From Blastocystis sp. Blastoise (lineage: Eukaryota; Protista; Bigyra: Opalinata): a stretch of 64,000 nucleotides of DNA. Shown piece by piece: positions 20,619 through 29,974 of this stretch (position 1 is its first letter; each line of letters opens with the position of its first letter). Position numbers and translations under genes: made by a program. The notes beneath the pieces were generated by a model. The model was not told the origin of the DNA and searched no databases. It worked only from the letters and a program-made list of their open reading frames with translations. The stretch lies in assembly GCA_039096225.1 (NCBI GenBank), contig JBBPEB010000009.1, positions 1,550,001 to 1,614,000 on the forward strand, read 5' to 3'.

Positions 20619-21290
20619 ATGACATCAATATCTCATCTAAGTAAAATTACAAGTCAAATCTGTCATGAACAATTCAATTATACTTTGGATTTAGTAGGTA
20701 AAAATATAACTCATATCAATACATTAGTGAATACAAGTGATATCATTAATATTCCTGAATTCAATATTCAGTTTTTTGATAATGCTGGTAGATATACATT
20801 TCCAGCTGGAAATTATACTTTAGAAGATTTTTTAGATCAATTATATGAAATTGGAAAAAAAATGAAATCCTATGTTGAAGGAGAACCTTATGGTTTCAGC
20901 TATAATAAAGAAACTAAAACTTTTAAATCAAATCATTGGTTTGAATGTGGTCTTAGTTCTGGACTATTTAAATACTTAGGCATTAAATCACCATACTTTT
21001 CACCGGGTGATACAATCGTATTTACTGATGAATATATATCCAATAATATTTCATGGTATAAGATCTATATGTTACGTGTGTATTGTGATATTATTAATAA
21101 AGATAATGATTTAATTTCTATTCCTTTATATGCTAAACAAGGATTTGATAATACATTTGCTCTCAGTGATTTATCTATTCCATGTATTGATGGTAAATAT
21201 ACAGATATCCAATGGGAAGTATATGATCAATTAAATAATCCAATTGATTTATCAAATACAAATCTTTATATATACTTTACTGCATCTTAA
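20619..21290 (+). CDS. Minor capsid protein (penton, single jelly-roll)
   Basis: FPAGNYT, LFKYLGI, LRVYCDII, IQWEVYDQLNNPIDL are typical mCP motifs. Confidence 0.8.
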   Translation: MTSISHLSKITSQICHEQFNYTLDLVGKNITHINTLVNTSDIINIPEFNIQFFDNAGRYTFPAGNYTLEDFLDQLYEIGKKMKSYVEGEPYGFSYNKETKTFKSNHWFECGLSSGLFKYLGIKSPYFSPGDTIVFTDEYISNNISWYKIYMLRVYCDIINKDNDLISIPLYAKQGFDNTFALSDLSIPCIDGKYTDIQWEVYDQLNNPIDLSNTNLYIYFTAS

Positions 21291-21359
21291 TAAAATCATT
21301 TATTTATCTTTAACTTATCATTAATTATTTTTTGTTTTGTTGATTAAAATCATATAAAA

Positions 21360-22397
21360 ATGGTGAATAAAATAAATCCATTAAAAGAAACACGTAAAGG
21401 ATGTGGAGTCTTAGAATTTAAATATGGAAAATCACATCATAAAACATATGAATCAAAATTTATATTGATTATTGCAAGAACATTCTCAGGAAAATCTTTC
21501 TTAACTGTGAATCTCTTATGTTCTATGGATCTTAAAAATAAATATAAACAAGTCACAGTAATTTGTCCTGATGCATCCAATAAGAATGAATGTTATACAT
21601 CCTTTCAAGATATTTGTGAACATGCTGGAATTGATTATAAATGGTATGATTCTGTAGATGATAAATTTAAAAAGATTAAAACTGTTGATGAATTAGTCAA
21701 TACATATAAATTACCAGAACATAATTTTATTGTATTGGATGATATCTATCCATTATCTAGACAAACCAAACAATTGATTGTATCTATATTATCTAAAGGT
21801 CGTCATTATAAACAGAATGCTATTATATGTCTTCAAAGTCATACAGATGTCACGAATCAATCTATATTAAGTCAAGTATCTCATTTCTTTATTAATAGTC
21901 AAATCTTAAAACGTGATCCTGGATTCTTACCAGATAAATTAAAGATTATGCCATCAAATCTAAATGAAATTCTTACAGATGAAGAATTAATGAATGATCC
22001 ACATCAATTCTTTATGTTAAAACAAGGTAGTGATGATTTAACAATATGGACTAATCCTGATTGTGGTAGTAAACAGAATGTATATAAGATGGTAAAGAAA
22101 AGGAAATGGACAGAAGAAGATAGTGAAAAAGAGAAACGAGAAGAACAAGGTGAAGTATCAGGTAGTGGTATTAAACGTCCTAATGAACATATATCTACAT
22201 ATGAAAAGAAAATGAAGAAGTTTTTACCTGTTGAAGAAGAAGTCTCATTGAAAGGTATTGAACGAGATGAAAAAGATAAACCTAAAGAATCCATCTTACA
22301 AATCATACAAGATCAAATCATACAAGATAGTCAACGACGCATTTTTAATCCTTATTTAAATAAAAAACATTATTCTGGTTATCCTTCTTTTCATTAA
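21360..22397 (+). CDS. A32-like (FtsK/HerA) genome packaging ATPase
   Basis: Walker A IARTFSGKS, Walker B FIVLDD, SKGRHY Arg finger, ICLQS sensor. Confidence 0.92.
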   Translation: MVNKINPLKETRKGCGVLEFKYGKSHHKTYESKFILIIARTFSGKSFLTVNLLCSMDLKNKYKQVTVICPDASNKNECYTSFQDICEHAGIDYKWYDSVDDKFKKIKTVDELVNTYKLPEHNFIVLDDIYPLSRQTKQLIVSILSKGRHYKQNAIICLQSHTDVTNQSILSQVSHFFINSQILKRDPGFLPDKLKIMPSNLNEILTDEELMNDPHQFFMLKQGSDDLTIWTNPDCGSKQNVYKMVKKRKWTEEDSEKEKREEQGEVSGSGIKRPNEHISTYEKKMKKFLPVEEEVSLKGIERDEKDKPKESILQIIQDQIIQDSQRRIFNPYLNKKHYSGYPSFH

Positions 22398-22450
22398 TTT
22401 TTTTATATTTTAATTTGTTAAATAAACCATAATTATTTTATTGTTTTGTT

Positions 22451-23488
22451 ATGAGTTCAATTACAAAAAGATATTTAAAACAAAATTGTGATCCACGATT
22501 ATTTGGAGGATCACCACCAAAATCAAATAGACGTGATCTTTATCATAAACGTTATGTAAGATATGGAGGAACTGGTTTTGAAGAAATTGTTAGACAACAA
22601 GCTAAAGATGCTGATTGGGCTGATTTTAAAAATGGTGTCTATACTGCATTACCTATTTTAGGTACATTAGGAGCATTTGCTGGATATAATTATTATCAGA
22701 AACGTAAAGAACAAAAACGTCAAGAAAAAGCAAAAGAAGAAAAGAAAAGACAATTTGAAGAACATATTGAAGATGCTAATAGAGATGATGAATTATATAA
22801 CGATGATGATACTTATCAACCAAAGAGAATAACAAGAAAAATGATGGCTGATGATGATAAAGATTATAATAATGCAAATCTTGAAGATGAAAATTATGAT
22901 GATATATTTGGTCAAGGTATACATAGAAGGCATCAGAAACATCGTAAAGAACATGGGAGTCACCGAGAAAAAGAAAAGAAAACAAGTAAATTTGTAACTC
23001 CTCAAATAAAAATTATTGCTAAGAAGGCTATTCGTTCTAGTAATGTAAAGTCTAATAAGAAGAAATTACAAGATATTAAAGAACGATTACCTAAAAATGA
23101 TGAGCATGTGTCTGTACGTGATATTGTTAATGTCGTTATCGATAAAGAATATCCTATGGATCCAAAACAAAAGCATTCTATTATTGCGAATACTGCTATT
23201 AAAACTATTAAAACGATTGTTCCTATTGTAGTGAATGCATTAAAATACTATTATCCTTCTCTTGGTATCCCTATTGATTTCGCTTATAATATGATTACTA
23301 CTGATGATGATAAGAAACGTAAAGAAACTGCTGATAACTATTTTAAAAATCCTAGTGGAAGTGGTGTTACAAAAGAGAATGCTGAACGTTGTGGTGGTGC
23401 TCTTGTCAACTCTACATCCTTTGATACTACTACTAATTTAATTATTAATCTTGTTCAATTCTTCTTAAAAAAATTTCATTTAAATTAA
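22451..23488 (+). CDS. Putative virion core/membrane-interacting protein
   Basis: LFGG, RYGG, RCGG, GQGI and GSGV sites; hydrophobic helix GVYTALPILGTLGAFAGY; basic blocks. Confidence 0.65.
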   Translation: MSSITKRYLKQNCDPRLFGGSPPKSNRRDLYHKRYVRYGGTGFEEIVRQQAKDADWADFKNGVYTALPILGTLGAFAGYNYYQKRKEQKRQEKAKEEKKRQFEEHIEDANRDDELYNDDDTYQPKRITRKMMADDDKDYNNANLEDENYDDIFGQGIHRRHQKHRKEHGSHREKEKKTSKFVTPQIKIIAKKAIRSSNVKSNKKKLQDIKERLPKNDEHVSVRDIVNVVIDKEYPMDPKQKHSIIANTAIKTIKTIVPIVVNALKYYYPSLGIPIDFAYNMITTDDDKKRKETADNYFKNPSGSGVTKENAERCGGALVNSTSFDTTTNLIINLVQFFLKKFHLN

Positions 23489-23564
23489 TTATTTTAACTT
23501 TTATTATTTCATAATTAATTATTTGTTTTGTTATATAATTATTTTTAAATTAATACAATAAATA

Positions 23565-24362
23565 ATGCAAAGTAATTTAGGAGATAGTGTAACTCTCTAT
23601 GATATTTTATCAAGAAATCAGAAAAAACAATCTTGGGATCCATGGTTACCCAATTCATATATTTGTCAAGATGAACAACCTGTACAACCATTAGCACATG
23701 ATCCTAATGCCCAAGGATCTATGTATAGCTCAATGGCAGTTCAAGCATTAAGAAATCATGGTCAATCACCTGAAGATATGTTTATAGCTACTATGAATTC
23801 AGCTAAAGCTAATGGTGATACCAATAGATATACATCCATGTTATCTCAATGGCAAACGAATTATGGTATTCCTACTACAAGTAAGATATGGTATGATGCT
23901 AGTAATCCTAATAACTATCAATATGAAAAACTTATTCATACTGTAAGAAATCCTAATGAAGACTATACAGTGAAACCACAACCAGAATCCATGAATTCTA
24001 ATTTCACTGAAGAACAACCCAAACCAGAACCTGAAAAGAAACCTGAACACGAAAAGAAACCAGCTAAAGAACCTGAAACTAAACCTGAAACTGAAAAGAA
24101 ACCAGATAAAGAAGATGATAATACTCCAAAGAAATTTGAATTCGATATGAATTTACAACAAGATACCGACGAAAAAACATATTATAACGCCACTTATGGA
24201 AAGTATAAATTCAAATGGTATACTGATGGACCTATTGAATGCACCAATAGTGATGTTTTTGGAAATAATAATATATTCTACAAAAATAAAACATTATTTG
24301 TTGAAGCTAATGATAAATCAATGAATATTGACGATTATTTAAAAAATACTCATAATAATTAA
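23565..24362 (+). CDS. Viral hypothetical protein with KPE-rich linker
   Basis: 265-aa ATG ORF; PKPEPEKKPEHEKKPAKEPETKPE. Confidence 0.75.
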   Translation: MQSNLGDSVTLYDILSRNQKKQSWDPWLPNSYICQDEQPVQPLAHDPNAQGSMYSSMAVQALRNHGQSPEDMFIATMNSAKANGDTNRYTSMLSQWQTNYGIPTTSKIWYDASNPNNYQYEKLIHTVRNPNEDYTVKPQPESMNSNFTEEQPKPEPEKKPEHEKKPAKEPETKPETEKKPDKEDDNTPKKFEFDMNLQQDTDEKTYYNATYGKYKFKWYTDGPIECTNSDVFGNNNIFYKNKTLFVEANDKSMNIDDYLKNTHNN

Positions 24363-24450
24363 TGATACTATTAATATACTAACTATATAATATAAATAAT
24401 TTCTTTTTTTTGTTTTGTTTTAAAATTCATAATTATTTTATTAATTTAAA

Positions 24451-25941
24451 ATGATACAAAGTGCTCGTTTAAATGTTTCAAATAAAGGATTAGTAGGCGT
24501 AAATCATCGTGCTACTGGTCATGAATATCGAAATTATATTGTTCCAGGATCTATTCCTGATGGAGAAGAACGTTATCCAATTAATTATTCTATTGCTCCA
24601 AATTCATTATATGCTGTTAAGAAAATTGAAAGTAATATGGTCAATAGAGCAACATCCAATCCATTTTTCTCCTATTTATCAGAAACCAGACAAGATATTA
24701 TACAAAGTTCCTTAGAAGAATCAGAAGAAAGTGAACCAATAGATGAAGGATCTGGGTTATTACCTGATGGTAGAATTCCGAAGAACTTTACAAGAAAACT
24801 CATTTATGCTCATGATTATGTCTTACCTTATATGAAACAAAATCATATGTCTGATTATGCTAAATATTCAAGATTATTAAATCCTCGTACAATTGATAGT
24901 GCAATTGATTTTACTAAAAGAGATCGTGATGGTTATTTATATTCTAGAGGTGGTAATTTATTTTCTAATATTTATCACACTGTAAGTGATGTATACAATG
25001 TGTCTGATAAATTAACTGGAGGTATTAATAATATCACTCATGGAATAAGTAATGCTGTTGATTATGGTGCAAATAAATTCAAAGATCTCAAGAATTGGTG
25101 GAGAGATATTAATGTTGATCCAAAAGAAGGATTCAATGATATTAAAGGAAAACTTGTAAGTGATAGAAATAATTTATATGATAATTGGAAATTAACTGAT
25201 GATAATGAAGCTAAGAAAAAGAATAAATTATTAGCTGATAACTATTTTAGATTTGCTCATATGTCAGGTAATGATACTAAAGAACAAAGACTTAACAAAA
25301 CTAAATCTTTAGAAGATCAAGCAAAAACATTTCATAAAAATTATATTCCCTATGCAGAAAACCCTACATTTGTTAATAAAGTTGTTAATACTGCAACAAA
25401 TGTAGGAACACCAATTGTTAATGGTGTTAAAAAAGTTGCAAACTCTATTGTTAGTGGTACAAAGAACGTATTTAATAGTTTTTCTGATTGGTGGTATGGT
25501 AAAAATCCAGAAGAAGAAATACCACAAACAGAAAATCCAATAGAAACAAATAATAATGTTATATCAACTCCTTCATCTACCCCTGATACTCTAACTCTAG
25601 AAAATATTCATAATATTAATATAGAAGATTCAAATCCTCCAAATTTAATTCCTCTTATGAATGATCCTACTGCTCCTTTACCTGATATTGTTCCAATGTC
25701 TCAAGCAATAACGAATAAATTCACTCCAAATAATACACCTGTAGCCCCGATTCCTAATCCAGTAGAAAATGTAACTCTTGAAAATAATAATAAACGAAAT
25801 AAAAAAGAAGATGATGAATTTCAATCATTTGATGAAGATGATGGTGAGGTATTTTATGATCTCGAAGAAGGTAATGGATTACGTAGAAAAAGACGTATTT
25901 CAAAAAATAAAAAATTAAGAAATAAACGTAGAAAACATTAG
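24451..25941 (+). CDS. Putative virion core protein with amphipathic helices and basic tail
   Basis: EGSGLL, SRGGNL and EGNGLR sites; two amphipathic segments ending in WW; RRKRR tail. Confidence 0.7.
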   Translation: MIQSARLNVSNKGLVGVNHRATGHEYRNYIVPGSIPDGEERYPINYSIAPNSLYAVKKIESNMVNRATSNPFFSYLSETRQDIIQSSLEESEESEPIDEGSGLLPDGRIPKNFTRKLIYAHDYVLPYMKQNHMSDYAKYSRLLNPRTIDSAIDFTKRDRDGYLYSRGGNLFSNIYHTVSDVYNVSDKLTGGINNITHGISNAVDYGANKFKDLKNWWRDINVDPKEGFNDIKGKLVSDRNNLYDNWKLTDDNEAKKKNKLLADNYFRFAHMSGNDTKEQRLNKTKSLEDQAKTFHKNYIPYAENPTFVNKVVNTATNVGTPIVNGVKKVANSIVSGTKNVFNSFSDWWYGKNPEEEIPQTENPIETNNNVISTPSSTPDTLTLENIHNINIEDSNPPNLIPLMNDPTAPLPDIVPMSQAITNKFTPNNTPVAPIPNPVENVTLENNNKRNKKEDDEFQSFDEDDGEVFYDLEEGNGLRRKRRISKNKKLRNKRRKH

Positions 25942-26015
25942 TTAATTTTAATTTATTTTATTTATTATTATTTTAAAAAACTAAACAATTTGTTTTGTTA
26001 TTTATAAAAATTAAT

Positions 26016-26183
26016 TTAAAAATCAATAAAATTCTTGATATAATCTTCGTAATCATCCTCACTTTCAGTTTGAATAGTATCCATTTCAGAATCACTATCA
26101 CTTAATTCATCAACTTCAAAATTTCCATAAGGTTTCCAATTACCTTCTTTATAATCTGGAGCAAATTGCTTTGGAGAATCCAT
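26016..26183 (-). CDS. Small acidic viral protein (55 aa)
   Basis: MDSPKQ...EDDYEDYIKNFIDF; HSE array directly upstream. Confidence 0.6.
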   Translation of the reverse strand: MDSPKQFAPDYKEGNWKPYGNFEVDELSDSDSEMDTIQTESEDDYEDYIKNFIDF

Positions 26184-26229
26184 AATAAATAGTATAAAAA
26201 TAGAAAAAAATGCATAATACAATTTATTA

Positions 26230-26267
26230 TTCTAGAAGTTTCGAGAATGTTCTAGAATATTCTAGAA
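26230..26267. promoter_or_regulatory. HSE-like array (8 units)
   Basis: TTCtaGAAgtTTCgaGAAtgTTCtaGAAtaTTCtaGAA. Confidence 0.72.
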
Positions 26268-26433
26268 AATTGATATACATCCCGCCACATAAAACCACTG
26301 GAACACAATTAGTTTCCCCAGTTTCCCCAATATAATTGTGTTTTTGTGTTCCAAAATCCCTCATTTTTACTATTTTAAGCAATTTGATTGGACAATTCAC
26401 GATGACGCATCCTATTTCCATAACGGTTACCCT

Positions 26434-27126
26434 TGTTTCCAAAAGTCTCTCGTTATAATCGTGGTGGTGGGTACATCTTTTTACAAGACCACACCACCAC
26501 CAGCTTTTCTTTCACCCACTATAAATACATACCTTGATCACTTTACTCTTTTTATATATTTTTTTATGATTATCATGACTTTTTATATTTTTTATTGATC
26601 ACTATACATACATTTTTATTTTTATATATTCCCGTGATTATTTTTATTATTTCTTTTTTAGATAGAACCATCCATTTCATCTTTTCTCTATATAAAGGGA
26701 GGGTCGGGGTGTGTGTTTATTTAGCACATTCTGTGCTTCTTTTCGTATTTCTTTCTGTATTCCCGTGATTATTTTACTCACTTTACCAACGATGGAGTCA
26801 TTTTCCATGAATATTTCCTGTAAAGGGGAGGGTTGGACTGTGTATTTTATTTCTTTTATGATTACTATGAGTTTCTCCTTGATCACTTTACGTTTCACGT
26901 TGGAATCGGAACACAAATAAATTAAAAATAAATAAACATGGGAAAAAATAAATACACACACACACTACCCTACACTCACATGGTTATTTTACTTCAGAAA
27001 TGTTATTAATTCTTCCGTCGAGAACAAAAAGGGGGGATGTCTTCCCCGCTTATGGCTGCGCGCGTCGCGCAGACTCTATGCGGGGTTTGCATACCCCCTT
27101 CTGCAGTTCGAAGAACGGAAGAATTA
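26434..27126 (-). repeat. Right terminal inverted repeat (~693 bp)
   Basis: Mirror of 2114-2805; the mirrored ORF pairs 2279..2563 and 26677..26961 confirm the alignment. Confidence 0.97.
27007..27126. repeat. GC-rich imperfect terminal palindrome (hairpin), right
   Basis: Inverted copy of 2114-2233 with one substitution. Confidence 0.9.
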
Positions 27127-27281
27127 TTATATTCTTTCGATAGATGATCAATATAACGTGTAAAATTTCTAAGATGTTTCATAGAGCAAATAGGACAAGT
27201 GTATAATTTTGTTTTCTCATCATAGCACGCCAACTTTTGAATACATTCATGTATAGTAGACATCAATATGTGTTTGCTCAT
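27127..27281 (-). pseudogene. hAT transposase 5' part (BED-type Zn finger), separated from the rest by the PLV
   Basis: MSKH...LYTCPICSMKH...YIDHLSKEY joins in frame to NHKDTLSS at 2113 once the virus and one target-duplication copy are removed. Confidence 0.8.
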
Positions 27282-27481
27282 TTGAAAATAATACAAAAAT
27301 ATCAAGCAATAATCAAGCAATATGATAAAAAATAATTATTTTAAGAAAAATAACAAAATTATAGATAAAAATCACGGTTATTCGTGTAATAGGATGTAAT
27401 TTGAAAAATTTCAGATAATTACGCAAAATTTTTCACATTTTTGCGTAATTTGTAACGGCGTAATTACAGGTTCCATCTCTA

Positions 27482-28589
27482 GAGGATAATATAATTCTTG
27501 TTTTACTTTATTTTTGTAATAATAATTTTTATTATTCAAAATTACTTTTAGTGATTTAGTAGCATGTTGATAAGCAGGGGATGACAAGTTTTGTTATAAG
27601 AAAGTGAATTATATTGATCAATTCAGAAATTGAGTTGCTAAAATTAGTATAATTCAACGAAAAGATTGATAATATAATATAGATAGTCTAGTAGTATGGT
27701 TTATAAACATAATAAATACATTATGTTTTCAATAATTACCTATAGTTTAGTTATTTTTAGATATTATGTGGTTTTCAATAGTGCATTTCTTAGATTATTG
27801 TAATATAATTAATATTTTAAATATTAGTCGGCCCAATATTGAAAAATAATGATAATGCTGATTAGCATCTCTGCTTGAAAAGAGAATCAATTACTCTCAT
27901 CACAAAATCTTATATAACAATAGTGTAGTAGCAATACCAAATAATAAGTTATTTTTCACATATGAAGTTCAGATCAACTACATAAAAATGGATTATACAT
28001 TAAATAATGGGAATGTAACTTTTTATATTATTGGAGCATAGTAAAACTAATAATAACTTTAAGATATGTGGCATATAAATATAATATTATTTCATAATTA
28101 TGTCTGTTCATAACCTATATTATCATCTATTTTCATTATTATTCGTAACTAATAAAATATTTCATGAAATATCTATTTATTTACGTGTATTTCTACAAAT
28201 GAAAAGCAGATTTGAAAAGAAGCAGATCTTTGAAATTTAATTATTTTTAAATAATATTACATTAATAATACATATATCTAATATAAATATAAGGTTATAA
28301 ACAATATATTGCTAATCAAATATCTAAAAAACTCAAAATGCTGATTATGTTCAGGATTATATGAATAAAGGTTACTATAAGAAGGAATACATATAAATTT
28401 GAATATGCTCAAATATGTCATCCTTCTCTATTTGCAAGTAAAACAATCAATTATGGAAATTACCCTTATTTTAAACAAGAAAATGTATTTCCCCTAATTA
28501 ACATATTATGTAGAATTGAAAAATACAAACTAGAGTGTTTAATTAATCTAATTACAAAAATAAAGTAAAACAAGAATTATATTATCCTC
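27482..28589. mobile_element. Non-autonomous TIR element (MITE-like, ~1.1 kb)
   Basis: Perfect 39-bp inverted repeats at 27482-27520 and 28551-28589 (GAGGATAATATAATTCTTG...); no long ORF inside. Confidence 0.7.
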
Positions 28590-29974
28590 AATTAAATTTT
28601 ATTATTTTGAATCGTAAATATAATCATACTGAAACTAATTTTATTATAAAAAACCATAAATATTTTTTCGAACAAGAATTTTATTCAAGTCCAAAAAAAA
28701 TTTATTAGGACTGTATGATAAGAAAACAATTGCTCCATTATGAAAATGGAATTCCCACGATTAATTACTGTGTTTTTAGTGTGTTTTTAAAAACAAATTT
28801 TTTTAATCATTTGAGAGTGTATGAATGAAATAAAGATAAATTATGATTACAATAGTATGTATAATGCTACTATTAAATGTAGGTTTATCGTTTCATGGAA
28901 TGGAATGTTATTAATATATTAAAAATCAGATTATAATGAATGTCTCGTTATTCTAAATGTTTAAAAGGATTGTTTTAATGATCACGATAATCTGGAATTC
29001 AAAATCATAATAAAAATAGTCTTAGAAATTATAGCTAAAATATAATTAATAATATTTTTATTCTTTATATGATAATATATAATTTTCAATTATTAATATA
29101 TTAAAAAATTAATGAATTTATAGAGTTTTGAATATTTATATAGCTATCCTTCAATGAATATTAGAAGGAATCGTGAATTTTCGTTCATTTCTTCTTGCCT
29201 ATAGTAGCATATTGAGTTTCTGTTATCTGGCAAGTTAATATACTTGTTAATATATCTTATGATTTGAATAGTGTATGTAAAACTATGACGAATCTATAAA
29301 AGAATGAATCTGATCAGAAAAATATAAAATTTTTCGTATAATACACATTCAGACACAATAGATGGATTCACAGAAAAAAAAATATTCTCAAATAAAATGA
29401 TTATGAGAATTACTAACAGTGGATGATCAGTCTGGAGGCATCCAATAATGATTTAATTTATTATAGAACATGTATTATAGTTTTTCTACATTCATCTAGC
29501 ATTTATTAAGACAGTAAAAGCTATAATTCTTCTGAAACATTTAAATATATTTATCAACGTGTTTATATAAATACAGAATGCATTGTTTGTACTGGATTCC
29601 GTTGAATAAACTATATAAACTCACAATAATAATCCTCATATCAACAAAAAAGTAAAAAAATGAAATAAAAAGCTTGTATTTTTAGAATACAACTAGTTGA
29701 TATTCTTATGAATAATTTTCTAGTTGCAGGTATATTTCCATAATAATCGTGGGTGGTTGTCAGTACAGAATAGAGCCAGAAAAGATTCGAGTTTCTTAAA
29801 GAAAACAGAAACTTTCAAGTTTGTTTTTATGTCTTTAGTTATTCCTATTGAAAGTGAGTAAATCGGTATAATTTGAAATTGATATATATCCGAGCGTATT
29901 TGTATCGAAGTTTAAATTCATATTTTATAAAACAGTTCAATTCAAGTTATTCAGATAATTCATATTATAAATAG

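Larger units (their letters stand above)
2114..27126. mobile_element. Complete endogenous Polinton-like virus (~25 kb, tyrosine-recombinase type, no pPolB)
   Basis: Long TIRs; short direct repeat at the junctions (TTAT, or TATTA if the ends are placed 2 bp inward); dense intronless genes including MCP, penton, A32 ATPase, protease, primase-helicase and YRs. Confidence 0.95.
1..27481 (-). mobile_element. hAT DNA transposon hosting the PLV; other end lies beyond the window start
   Basis: Transposase fragments on both sides of the virus; hAT-like terminus TAGAGATG on the minus strand at 27474-27481; subterminal GTAATT/GTAAC repeats at 27415-27468. Confidence 0.75.

Noticed and set aside
19200-24450. 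ATAATT as a late promoter motif upstream of structural genes
   Set aside because: Recurrent ~20-30 nt before several ATGs but too low-complexity in this AT-rich DNA to support without statistics.
25660-25685. PTAP late-domain motif in the 496-aa core-like protein
   Set aside because: Four residues in a Pro/Thr-rich region, expected by chance; no supporting evidence.
2114-27126. Classification as canonical Polinton/Maverick or virophage
   Set aside because: No pPolB or rve integrase motifs and no 6-bp TSD with AG...CT ends; virophage-type MCP affinity cannot be shown without an HMM search.
27521-28550. Transposase remnants inside the 1.1-kb TIR element
   Set aside because: Only short stop-interrupted frames with no convincing motif.
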